Positions 1-9,055 are shown, numbered from the stretch's first letter. The stretch is 59,815 bases of DNA from an uncultured bacterium (GCA_965369655.1 CBDUQR010000014.1:1-59815), one strand, 5' to 3'. Made by a program: numbers and translations. The notes: generated from the letters alone by a model not told the origin.

Positions 1-319
1 CAAACTGTGGCTTAAATTATGAAGTCCAGATGTCCGGATTGTCTGAAGACGTACACTATTTTGCCTTGACAAGCAGGATGAATTGTCTTGTGTTACTATT
101 CAATATCCACTATATTTTTCTGTAGCTTGGTATATTTAGTCACCTAAGAGCAACTATCCGCAAGATGCTCTACGCCCGGACGCTGCATCAAGGTTCGAAT
201 GTCGGGGAGGTGATGTTATGAGCGTACTATAATCTACATGTTGTTCGTAAGACGTACTGAATTCGGCTCGATCCAGAGCCGATACAAATCAAGGGTCTAT
301 TCCTTAAGGAGGCGTTAAC

Positions 320-2008
320 ATGAACACTCAAGAGTCAGAAGACAAGCCTGGCAATCCAGATGAACCGGATAAACAAAGCGACCCGTGTCTTCCACGTCAT
401 GTCATTCCGGCGAAAGCCGGAATCCATCTTTGTGACGGGGAGAAGACATCCCCCTGTTCTCACCGGGGTAACATAGCAGAGGCGGTAGCCCACCCAGAGC
501 GCAGCGTCGGGTGGATAGCTTTCGTGCTTCTCCTGCTGATCGCAATCGGTTGTGGTACTGACAGAGTCATCAACAACGATGACAAGACTGCGCCATCGGC
601 GATTGTTGATCTTGTCGCCGATTCATCGACGAGCAGCAGTGTATCGCTGACATGGACGTCGCCAGGCGATGACGGTGATGTCGGGACGGCCTCGGAATAT
701 GACATTAGGTATTCGACATCGCATATCGATTCGTCGCACTGGGCTGCCGCTACAGAATGCACAGGCGAGCCATCGCCGCAGGTATCGGGGACGTCGCAGT
801 CGTTCGTGGTGACTGGACTGAATGAGAACACAGAGTATCATTTCGCAATCAGGACATCCGACGAAGCCTCGAACTGGTCCGAGTTTTCTAACGGGGCATC
901 CTCGAAAACCAAACTTTCGCATTATATCACGTGGGAGAGAACATACGGTGGTCCGGGGTACGAATACGCTAACGCTGTCGTTGTCGCTCCCGACGGGGGA
1001 TATGCCTGTGCCGGAAGAAGCAGTTCGTTCGGTGGCGGTGAAGATGCTTACCTGATCAAGGTCGATGACTATGGCAATCTGCTATGGCAGAGAACGTATG
1101 ATGGTGGTTCGTATGAGGCTATACGTTCGCTGGCTGTCACTCCTGACGATGGGTATATCATGGCTGGTCAAACCGGAACAGACGACATCTTTGACGCCTA
1201 TTATGTCAGAGTCGGTGGTTCGGGTAATCTCCTGTGGGAGATGAAGTACAGCGGAATCGGCATTGCTATGGCGATGTCAGCTATCGCCGGACACGATGGT
1301 GGCTGTGTCTCTGTCGGATGGACCTGGAATCTGATGCAGAATGGGAAAGACTACTACTATGGCTGGATCATGAAGCTCGATGATTCCGGCGAGATAGCAT
1401 GGATGACTCCTCTCGATGACACACTCGATGCCGAAGGACTTTCTCCCTATTCAGTCACTACAACTCCGGACGGCGGGTACTTGGTTTTAGATATGTATTT
1501 CCGCATCGTGAAACTTGACGGGGATGGTAATATCCTCTGGCAAAATGAAATCGATGTTGAGGGATTGGGACGCATTCGATCTGTGGTTCTTGCTCCCGAT
1601 GGCGGTTATGTTGCTGCAGGATGGTCCTATCCCGGTGGATCAGATTCAGACTTTCTTGTGGTCAGGTTTGACGAATCAGGTAACAAGATATGGATGAAGA
1701 CATATGGAGGCACTGAAGATGATGACGCTTATTATATCGCACAAGCTTCCGATGGTGGTTATATCGTAACGGGAGCCACTTTTTCATTTGGGTCCGGAGA
1801 CCGGGCTGATGTTTATCTGCTCAAAGTTTCTGAGTCTGGCGAACTCGTTTGGCAGAGAACCTATGGTCAGGACGACAACGCTAATCTTGCGCTTTCAGTT
1901 GCGGTTGCACCTGATGGAGGCTACATTGTCGGTGCACGGGTATTCATAGGTGGTTTCGGCCCATCCGATTTCTGGTTAATTAAGACCGACCCGAATGGTG
2001 AGTTGTGA
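320..2008 (+). CDS. FN3-domain + beta-propeller-repeat (W..TYGG) putative lipoprotein
   Basis: RBS AAGGAGG before the ATG; hydrophobic stretch ending LLIAIGC; FN3 motif (VSLTWTSPGDDG...YDIRYS...GLNENTEYHFAIRT); repeated W(E/Q)RTYGG...DGGY units; paralog of 4528..6399. Confidence 0.8.
   Translation: MNTQESEDKPGNPDEPDKQSDPCLPRHVIPAKAGIHLCDGEKTSPCSHRGNIAEAVAHPERSVGWIAFVLLLLIAIGCGTDRVINNDDKTAPSAIVDLVADSSTSSSVSLTWTSPGDDGDVGTASEYDIRYSTSHIDSSHWAAATECTGEPSPQVSGTSQSFVVTGLNENTEYHFAIRTSDEASNWSEFSNGASSKTKLSHYITWERTYGGPGYEYANAVVVAPDGGYACAGRSSSFGGGEDAYLIKVDDYGNLLWQRTYDGGSYEAIRSLAVTPDDGYIMAGQTGTDDIFDAYYVRVGGSGNLLWEMKYSGIGIAMAMSAIAGHDGGCVSVGWTWNLMQNGKDYYYGWIMKLDDSGEIAWMTPLDDTLDAEGLSPYSVTTTPDGGYLVLDMYFRIVKLDGDGNILWQNEIDVEGLGRIRSVVLAPDGGYVAAGWSYPGGSDSDFLVVRFDESGNKIWMKTYGGTEDDDAYYIAQASDGGYIVTGATFSFGSGDRADVYLLKVSESGELVWQRTYGQDDNANLALSVAVAPDGGYIVGARVFIGGFGPSDFWLIKTDPNGEL
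401..426. repeat. REP-like palindrome (GTCATTCCGGCGAAAGCCGGAATCCA, 'VIPAKAGI' type) inside CDS
   Basis: Hairpin ATTCCGGC-GAAA-GCCGGAAT, read in frame as HVIPAKAGIH. Confidence 0.7.
533..888. repeat. 356-bp inverted repeat, copy 1 (partner 5651..6006)
   Basis: Identical translations in three frames between the two loci; endpoints checked by eye (533/6006, 888/5651). Confidence 0.9.
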
Positions 2009-2133
2009 CCTGTCGAGGCTCTGCGAACTGCTGCCAGACATTGATTCCATTTCCGGTCCCTCGGGGATCGAGATCAGCGACCGACAGTTCACACGCCCGC
2101 TTTCAGCGGACGCAAGAACAGCCGGAACAGGTA
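2004..2133. repeat. ~130-bp imperfect direct repeat (partner 6119..6248)
   Basis: TGTGACCTG..CTG(C/T)TGCCAGA..TTCCGG..CACGCCCGCTTTC(A/G)GCGGACGCAAGAACAGCCGGAAC(A/G)GGTA at both loci. Confidence 0.85.
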
Positions 2134-2137
2134 AATA

Positions 2138-2165
2138 AACGGGAGTCGCGAAAGCGACTCCCGTT
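2138..2165. terminator. Likely bidirectional intrinsic terminator between convergent genes
   Basis: AACGGGAGTCGC-GAAA-GCGACTCCCGTT perfect hairpin with A/T-rich flanks. Confidence 0.7.
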
Positions 2166-2178
2166 ATGTTAAAGATTA

Positions 2179-4059
2179 TCATTTCCACTCAGGATCACAG
2201 GCGGCCGGATCGGGCGCCGGGCCACTGGCGAAAATGTACTGAATCAGATAGACGACATCGTCAATATCGATTCCGCCACTGCCGTTGGCGTCTCCAAAAC
2301 AGACCATCGGATGAGGAGGCGGGCCACCACCGAAAATGTAGTTAATCAAATACACCACATCGTCGATGTCCACTCCTGTCGAATGGTTAGCGTCGCCAGC
2401 CAGACAGTGCTCAGCAGCCGTAAGCATCGCATTGTGAGCATTCACACGACCATGACCATAGTCAGGATCCCATCCGGGCGTATTGTCCGACCCTACCATG
2501 TCGTCAGCCGACGTCAGGAGAACCTGACGCATGAAATCGACAGGATGACCGTACGCACCCTGCTGACCCGATGCCGGCATCGGACTCATCGCCTCAGGCA
2601 TAACGGCAAATACCTTGGCAGCAACACCCGCAGCTATAGCACACGATGCCGAAGTACCCCAGAACCTGCAAAAATAGTGCTTATCTCCGGTGCACGGGTG
2701 TATATCCGGATTACTTCCGAGATTGCCCATCCTGTCGGTGGTCCAGAGATCAATACCGGGTGCGACGAGGTCCAGCTCAGGTCCGCTCGCGCTGAAGTTC
2801 TCCACGACATCCCATTCGTTTGTTGCGCCGACTGCGATCGTGTACTGGGAAGTCGCAGGATACGCCATCTCTCCAGCCTCATCTTCGGCAGCTGCGAATG
2901 TCACAGCCTGCCACTTGTGTGCGCGGCTGAGCGCAGCCTCGATGTCATCTGTTTGATACGCCTCATGCCACGATGCAGATATCACATGGCACTTGCTGAA
3001 CGCCGCATGAAGAGCAGCCATATCGATACCGAGCGAGGTACGGGAGTCTTTCGAGTTCTTGTTGCTGTCAACGACTTTGATCAGAATGTATTTCACTGAT
3101 GGCGCAATGCCAACGACGCCTGTCTCGTTGTTCATGGTGGCGTTGATCAAGCCGAGCGCCTTCATGCCGTGACCCCAGTAGTGATTCTGATTGAGGGTGG
3201 GACTATCAATTACCGGCGGGCTGACATCATAATCCCAGTAGTATGGTTCATAGATATTATCGCCAGCAGCATCATAGGTGAGATGGATACGGTTGAGGTC
3301 CATATCCTCATGATCAAGATCGAAACCGACGTCTAAGATCGCCACATAAACCTCATTGGAGAGATTCGTGAAATCGAGCGCTTCCTCGAAGCCGATTTTA
3401 GGCAGATGCCACTGGTGTTCGTAGTACGGATCGTTAACTGGTTGAGCGTCGAATCTGATGTTGTTGTGGAAGTTGGGAACGGAGTAGTCGATAGTATCAT
3501 TCGCGTAGAGAAGATTCGCGACCTCGAGAAGGTCCAGGCCGGATTCAGCCGTCATCCGAACGACATACCTGTGCGGATCGATCGAGTCCACAGGCGGTTC
3601 TACTATCTCCAGGTTATACGAATTGATGATGTCCTCAGCAATAATCCAGTGGATTTCATCGCCGAATCTGAGAATGAACTCGTCGGTAAGATAGACAGGC
3701 GTACTGTCCGGAGTGCCAAAGATCGGGTTGGCGATCTCGATTCCCGGATACCCATGCATCGCATCGAGCGCCGAATCGAGGTCCCAGCTTTCCAACAGAT
3801 GGTATTCCCAGGCATTGCCGCCGACCTGCACGGGATCGTAATCCTGGTCGATTGCGGGATGATATATCTCCTTTGCATCCTTCGTGCCCGGCCTGTATCC
3901 TTCTTCAGGGATGATAGTGATGAGACTGTCACTTGTCTGAGCAGTTATCTGCTGCCCAAGCGAATAGTAGAAGTAGTCGTCAGCAGAAACCGACGAAAAG
4001 GCTGTGACAAATGTCAGAACCATGATAAGAATGGCTGTTTTTCTCTTGAGGTCCACCAT
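2179..4059 (-). CDS. Secreted S8 (subtilisin-like) serine peptidase with C-terminal dockerin-like domain
   Basis: Signal peptide after MVDLKRK (ATG 4059 with purine-rich RBS); triad motifs AILDVG, WGHGM, GTSAS; two GDAN..IDDVVYLI.YIF repeats. Confidence 0.88.
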   Translation of the reverse strand: MVDLKRKTAILIMVLTFVTAFSSVSADDYFYYSLGQQITAQTSDSLITIIPEEGYRPGTKDAKEIYHPAIDQDYDPVQVGGNAWEYHLLESWDLDSALDAMHGYPGIEIANPIFGTPDSTPVYLTDEFILRFGDEIHWIIAEDIINSYNLEIVEPPVDSIDPHRYVVRMTAESGLDLLEVANLLYANDTIDYSVPNFHNNIRFDAQPVNDPYYEHQWHLPKIGFEEALDFTNLSNEVYVAILDVGFDLDHEDMDLNRIHLTYDAAGDNIYEPYYWDYDVSPPVIDSPTLNQNHYWGHGMKALGLINATMNNETGVVGIAPSVKYILIKVVDSNKNSKDSRTSLGIDMAALHAAFSKCHVISASWHEAYQTDDIEAALSRAHKWQAVTFAAAEDEAGEMAYPATSQYTIAVGATNEWDVVENFSASGPELDLVAPGIDLWTTDRMGNLGSNPDIHPCTGDKHYFCRFWGTSASCAIAAGVAAKVFAVMPEAMSPMPASGQQGAYGHPVDFMRQVLLTSADDMVGSDNTPGWDPDYGHGRVNAHNAMLTAAEHCLAGDANHSTGVDIDDVVYLINYIFGGGPPPHPMVCFGDANGSGGIDIDDVVYLIQYIFASGPAPDPAACDPEWK

Positions 4060-4216
4060 GGTTTTCCCCTTCCTATAGGTAGGTTGAGAGACAGACGTTT
4101 CTATGTCTGCTCTCACTGTGTTGGCGTGCTCCTCATTCGCCAACACATCGTTTGGTGTGCGGTCGGGTGTTATTGCCCGGCCGCGTTAACATTGACAGGG
4201 CTTACATGCCCTGAAT

Positions 4217-4330
4217 GTTGTGTCGGGTCTTGATGCCGCGTGAGCGGCATTGTGACCTGACACGTTTTGTCAGACATGAGCGGCAGGTCACATAAATCCT
4301 CTAAAGCGGATTCAAAAGACCCGCCGCAAC
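4217..4330. repeat. Structured dispersed repeat (REP doublet with nested hairpins), copy 1; partner 49515..49635
   Basis: GTTGTGTCGGGTCTTG..TGTGACCTGACAC..GGCAGGTCACATAAATCC..GGATTC..AAGACCCGCCGCAAC, nearly identical at 49.5 kb. Confidence 0.8.
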
Positions 4331-4400
4331 GGTAAAACGGTAAGGGCTTGTCTGCCCTGCGCAAGTCTGATGCTTCATGTTCCTCCTTTCTCCCTCGTTC

Positions 4401-4502
4401 CTGTCATCGCGAGAAGCGCAAGCGACGTGGCGATCTCTCTGCAAAGCTGAGATTGCCACCCTTCGTGACTCAGGATCTTCGACGCTCCGCTCGCAATGAC
4501 AG
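4401..4502. repeat. Palindromic element of the GTCATTGCGAG...CTCGCAATGAC type
   Basis: Terminal CTGTCATCGCGAG / CTCGCAATGACAG, inner GTGGCGATCTC / GAGATTGCCAC; second copy at 10050..10132. Confidence 0.8.
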
Positions 4503-4527
4503 AGTCTCATCACCGACATGTTCATCA

Positions 4528-6399
4528 TCACAACTCACCGTTCGGGTCGGTCTTGATAAGCCAGAAATCAGATGGACCGAAACCGCCTACGAACACGCGT
4601 GCACCTACGATGTAGCCACCGTCCGGAGCAACAGCAACAGATTCCGCACCGTTTGCATTATCATCCTGTCCATAAGTCCTCTGCCAGACAAGCTCGCCAA
4701 ACTCATTGACCTTGAGCAGATAAGCATCAGACGGGTATCCGGATCCGAACGAAAAAGTGGCTCCCGCTACGATATAACCACCATCGGAAGCGCGGGTAAT
4801 ATGATACGCGACATCTCGTCTGTTCCCGCCGAAGAACTTCATCCATTCTTTGTTGCCTGATTCGTCAAACTTGACCACGAGAACATCCGCTGAGTCTGAT
4901 CCATCGGGATAGGACCATCCTGCTGCAACATAGCCACCATCGGGAGCGGTAACGACCGATCTAATGTGTCCCAATCCCTCAACATCGATTTCTTTCTGCC
5001 AGAGGATATTACCATCCCCGTCAAGTTTCACGATGCGAAAATACATGTCTAAAACCAGGTACCCGCCGTCCGAAGTTGTAGTGACTGAATAGGGAGAAAG
5101 TCCTTCGATATCGAGTGTGTCATCGAGAGGAGTCATCCAGACAATCTCGCCGGAATCATCAATCTTCATGATCCAGGCATATTCGTAGTGTTCCTCATTA
5201 CTATAATTATTCGCGGTCCATCCGACAGCGACACAGCCACCATCGGGTCCGGCAATAGCTGACATCGCCATGGCGATGCCGATGCCGTCGTCGTACTTCA
5301 TTTCCCACAGGAGATTGCCCGAACCATCGACCCTGACGAAATAGGCGTCCATAATATCGTCTGATCCGGTCTGGCCAGCCATGATATATCCGCCGTCAGG
5401 AGTGACAGCCAGAGAACGGATTATCACCACCAGGGAACCGCCGTAGGCGTTCTGCCAGAGCAAGTTCCCATACTCGTCAACTTTGATCAGAAAAGCTTGC
5501 GCCGGGCCGAACGACGTAGTACTTCCTGCCAGCACGTATCCCCCATCGGGTGCGACAACGACAGCATTGGCGTATTCGTAGCCCGGACCACCGTATGTTC
5601 TCTCCCGGGTGATGTAATGCGAAAGTTTGGTTTTCGAGGATGCTCCGTTCGAAAACTCGGACCAGTTCGAGGCTTCGTCGGATGTCCTGATTGCGAAATG
5701 ATACTCTGTGTTCTCATTCAGTCCAGTCACCACGAACGACTGCGACGTCCCCGATACCTGCGGCGATGGCTCGCCTGTGCATTCTGTAGCGGCAGCCCAG
5801 TGCGACGAATCGATATGCGATGTCGAATACCTAATGTCATATTCCGAGGCCGTCCCGACATCACCGTCATCGCCTGGCGACGTCCATGTCAGCGATACAC
5901 TGCTGCTCGTCGATGAATCGGCGACAAGATCAACAATCGCCGATGGCGCAGTCTTGTCATCGTTGTTGATGACTCTGTCAGTACCACAACCGATTGCGAT
6001 CAGCAGAGCAAGCATGACCATCCCGCAGGCAATCGACCATCCCGCATGATGGGGCAGACGAGGAGAGGCTGTCCCATAAGGTAGTTTCGCCGGGTCTTGG
6101 CGACGACGGAGTCGTCGGTGTGACCTGGCGATCTTCTGTAAGCTGTTGCCAGATATTGCTTCCATTTTCCGGCAGTTCATCGGTCGCTGATCCCGATCCT
6201 GAGGGACACGCCCGCTTTCGGCGGACGCAAGAACAGCCGGAACGGGTACTTTTGGGACAGCCTCAGGACGCATGTCCTGAGTTTCGAAGGGTCTGCCGCC
6301 CACAGCACTCCTGAATGGGGCAGATGTGGACATCTGCCGCCCACATAAAACCAGCCGGAGCAGCCATAGCAGTTGCTTTTTCAGATATTGTTTGTTCAT
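4528..6399 (-). CDS. FN3-domain + beta-propeller-repeat putative lipoprotein (paralog of 320..2008)
   Basis: RBS GGAGG before ATG 6399; identical FN3 block; diverged W..TYGG repeats; long REP-rich N-terminal extension, so the true start may be later. Confidence 0.8.
   Translation of the reverse strand: MNKQYLKKQLLWLLRLVLCGRQMSTSAPFRSAVGGRPFETQDMRPEAVPKVPVPAVLASAESGRVPQDRDQRPMNCRKMEAISGNSLQKIARSHRRLRRRQDPAKLPYGTASPRLPHHAGWSIACGMVMLALLIAIGCGTDRVINNDDKTAPSAIVDLVADSSTSSSVSLTWTSPGDDGDVGTASEYDIRYSTSHIDSSHWAAATECTGEPSPQVSGTSQSFVVTGLNENTEYHFAIRTSDEASNWSEFSNGASSKTKLSHYITRERTYGGPGYEYANAVVVAPDGGYVLAGSTTSFGPAQAFLIKVDEYGNLLWQNAYGGSLVVIIRSLAVTPDGGYIMAGQTGSDDIMDAYFVRVDGSGNLLWEMKYDDGIGIAMAMSAIAGPDGGCVAVGWTANNYSNEEHYEYAWIMKIDDSGEIVWMTPLDDTLDIEGLSPYSVTTTSDGGYLVLDMYFRIVKLDGDGNILWQKEIDVEGLGHIRSVVTAPDGGYVAAGWSYPDGSDSADVLVVKFDESGNKEWMKFFGGNRRDVAYHITRASDGGYIVAGATFSFGSGYPSDAYLLKVNEFGELVWQRTYGQDDNANGAESVAVAPDGGYIVGARVFVGGFGPSDFWLIKTDPNGEL
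5651..6006. repeat. 356-bp inverted repeat, copy 2 (partner 533..888)
   Basis: Reverse complement of 533..888. Confidence 0.9.
6119..6248. repeat. ~130-bp imperfect direct repeat (partner 2004..2133)
   Basis: See partner; lies inside the N-terminal extension of 4528..6399. Confidence 0.85.
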
Positions 6400-7012
6400 A
6401 TTCCTCCCTTTGTCGAAAGCGAGTTATTACAATTTAATGATGATATTATTGTGAGGGGATGTATTGAGTCAAGCATAGAACAACATTTGCCTTTCCCGAG
6501 CCGGATAGTATTCACCGACTCGATGTTGCCCCCAAGTGCAAGCTATGCTCATCTCAACCAAAAAGCGGTGCAAGCGCTATAAAACAAATACGCAAACAGG
6601 ATTCGATTGTCAAGTCAAATCCGGCTGCTGTCACCGCGATCATCAACATCAGACCGAGGGACACTACTAAAAACTTTTTCATCATGGCATAACCTCCGCA
6701 GGGGTTCTCGTTCGACTATCCAAAGTTTCATACAGACCATAGCATTCCCTCCCGCGCACAGGGTTGTCACCCCTGCAGCATGCAATCGCAAGAATCCGCA
6801 TGATATCGATGCCGATCCTCAACAGGTTAATGTTCAAATCTTACCGACAGGCAGACAATGTCCGGAGTGTAATATCGAAGGCGTCTCAATTTGAAATAAG
6901 CGGTACATCGGGCTGGAAGTCAAGGAATAACTGGAGTATATTTCTCTTGAATATACGCGGGGACGATGATTCGAATATAGTTCGAGATGATCTCAATGAT
7001 TGGTGGGCAGGG

Positions 7013-8101
7013 TCACACGTTGAACCGGAAGAATATCACATCGCCGTCCTTGACGATGTACTCTTTGCCTTCGAGACGCATCCAGCCACGTTTCTTGGCC
7101 TCGGCTTCGGACATGACCTCGGCGAGTTTGTCGTATGGAATGACTTCGGCCTTGATAAATCCCTTCTCGAAATCCTCGTGGATCACACCGGCGGATTTCT
7201 GCGCAGTCATACCCGACTTGATCGTCCACGCATGGACTTCCTTGTCGCCGCCAGTCAGGAATGAGATGACGCCGAGAAGCTCGTATGAATTGCGGATCAG
7301 CCTGTCGAATGCCGATTCCGTGATACCGAGATCTTCCATGAACATCTGTCGGTCATCCGGATCGAGCTCGCCGAGTTCCATCTGGACTCTTGCCGACACT
7401 GTCTCGACCATACAGTGAGGCGCTTTGCCGACATATGCATACTCTGCTTCGACATCGTCACGTTTCGACAGTTGATCCTCTCCGATATTGAGCACGACCA
7501 GCTTCGGCTTGATGCTCAGGAACTGGAATCCCCGAATCGCTTTTGACTCATCGTCGGAGAAATCGAGTTCCCGCAGAGGCTTGTTGGCATTCAACTGTTC
7601 GAGACATTTATCGAGAACAGCTTTTTCTTTCCCTATTTTGTCATCCTTGACAACCTTTAGACGGCGATCGATTTTCTCCATACGCTTCTCGGCGAGCACG
7701 AGATCGGAGAATATCAGTTCATCCTCGAGCGCTCGAATGTCGCGTTTCGCATCGACCGAACCTTTCGGGTGGGGCAGATTTTCATCCTCGAAAGCCCTCA
7801 CGACATGTGCAAGAGCATCCGCCTCTCGAACGGCGGACGGAATCTCCGAGTCGATCCTGTCGCGGTCGGATGTCTCTCCGGTAAACCCTGCGACATCCAT
7901 CCATTCGATCTCGGCATAGCTGATCTTCTCCGGCTTGTAGATCTCGGTGAGAGTCTCCAGGCGATCATCCGGGACCTTGACGATCCCGCGATGCACTTCG
8001 CCCGCGGCGGTGAACCCACCGGTCTCCTGCTGAGCGCCGCAGACAGCATTGAACAGCGTTGTCTTACCCGACTGAGGTAGTCCTATTATTCCGATTATCA
8101 T
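7013..8101 (-). CDS. ychF: Redox-regulated ATPase YchF (OBG family)
   Basis: GIIGLPQSGKTTLFNA, VPDDRL, DVAG, AGVIHEDFEKGFIKAEV, EGKEYIVKDGDVIFFRFNV. Confidence 0.97.
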   Translation of the reverse strand: MIIGIIGLPQSGKTTLFNAVCGAQQETGGFTAAGEVHRGIVKVPDDRLETLTEIYKPEKISYAEIEWMDVAGFTGETSDRDRIDSEIPSAVREADALAHVVRAFEDENLPHPKGSVDAKRDIRALEDELIFSDLVLAEKRMEKIDRRLKVVKDDKIGKEKAVLDKCLEQLNANKPLRELDFSDDESKAIRGFQFLSIKPKLVVLNIGEDQLSKRDDVEAEYAYVGKAPHCMVETVSARVQMELGELDPDDRQMFMEDLGITESAFDRLIRNSYELLGVISFLTGGDKEVHAWTIKSGMTAQKSAGVIHEDFEKGFIKAEVIPYDKLAEVMSEAEAKKRGWMRLEGKEYIVKDGDVIFFRFNV

Positions 8102-8117
8102 CTTGCAACCTTTTTCA

Positions 8118-8180
8118 GTAGGGCAGGTGTCTCCGACACCTGCTATCTGTTCCGGCAGGAGTGAGGCACTCCTGCCCTAC
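8118..8180. repeat. GTAG-type REP doublet (REPIN-like)
   Basis: GTAGGGCAGGTGTCTCCGACACCTGC ... GCAGGAGTGAGGCACTCCTGCCCTAC inverted pair between nfo and ychF. Confidence 0.75.
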
Positions 8181-8188
8181 TTGATTAA

Positions 8189-9055
8189 TCATGCGAAGCC
8201 ACGCAGGACATCCAGATTCCTGCGGTCGTTAGCTTCGGGATCATCGCCCTTGGGAGTCTCGAGTATCTTGGGAATGTCCGCGAATCGCCTATCTTGCATC
8301 AAAAACTTGAACGGCTCCAATCCAAGCTCGCCTTCGCCGAGATGTTCATGCCTGTCGACGCGAGAACCGAACGGTTTTTTCGAGTCGTTGACATGGATCA
8401 CCTTCAGATACTCCAATCCTATCGTCTCATCGAACTCTTTGAATGTCGCATTCCACGCGCGCTTGTTCCTGAGTTCATATCCGGCCGCGAACACATGGCA
8501 TGTGTCAAAGCAAACCGACACGCGATCCTTGTTCTCGATTCGACCGATAATCTCAGCGATATGCTCGAACTTGTAGCCAACGCCTGATCCCTGACCTGCG
8601 GTCGTTTCGAGCGACAGGCGCGTCTTCGCGTCGCGCGTTGCGTCGAATACACTGTTCAGAGTCTCGGCGATTTTCGTGATTGCATAGTCCTCGCCTTTTC
8701 CGAGATGAGCGCCGGGATGCATCACGAGATCGGATAGCTTCAGTCGGTCGGCGCGTTCGATTTCATCGATCAGCGATGCGACCGATTTCTCATAGACGTC
8801 ATCCTTCGGCGAGGCAAGATTGATCAGGTAACCGGTGTGCCCGACATACGCGCGGATCGATGAGTTGTTTCTCGCGTCGTCGAATCTCTCGACATCTTTG
8901 TCGGTGAGCGCTTTGGCTTTCCACTGGTTGTTGTTCTTGGTGAATATCTGCAGCGCGGTAGCATTCACGGCGTTGCCCTGCTCGATAGCGTTATGCGCGC
9001 CTCCGGCTATCGACATATGCGCGCCGATCAGCGGGCCCGGCTTTTTTCGCGGCAT
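8189..9055 (-). CDS. nfo: Endonuclease IV (deoxyribonuclease IV)
   Basis: IGAHMSIAGG, HTGYLINLAS, HPG, LETTAGQG, CFDTCHVFAAGY, HVNDSK, DRHEHLGEG, ILETP. Confidence 0.97.
   Translation of the reverse strand: MPRKKPGPLIGAHMSIAGGAHNAIEQGNAVNATALQIFTKNNNQWKAKALTDKDVERFDDARNNSSIRAYVGHTGYLINLASPKDDVYEKSVASLIDEIERADRLKLSDLVMHPGAHLGKGEDYAITKIAETLNSVFDATRDAKTRLSLETTAGQGSGVGYKFEHIAEIIGRIENKDRVSVCFDTCHVFAAGYELRNKRAWNATFKEFDETIGLEYLKVIHVNDSKKPFGSRVDRHEHLGEGELGLEPFKFLMQDRRFADIPKILETPKGDDPEANDRRNLDVLRGFA

Noticed and set aside
930-2008. Regularly recurring W..TYGG units as a CRISPR-like array
   Set aside because: They are degenerate protein-coding propeller repeats, not identical DNA repeats with unique spacers; no cas genes
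6400-7010. c-di-GMP riboswitch or real ORFs in the long intergenic region
   Set aside because: Only isolated GCAAA words without the paired motif; the ORFs lack an RBS or recognisable domains
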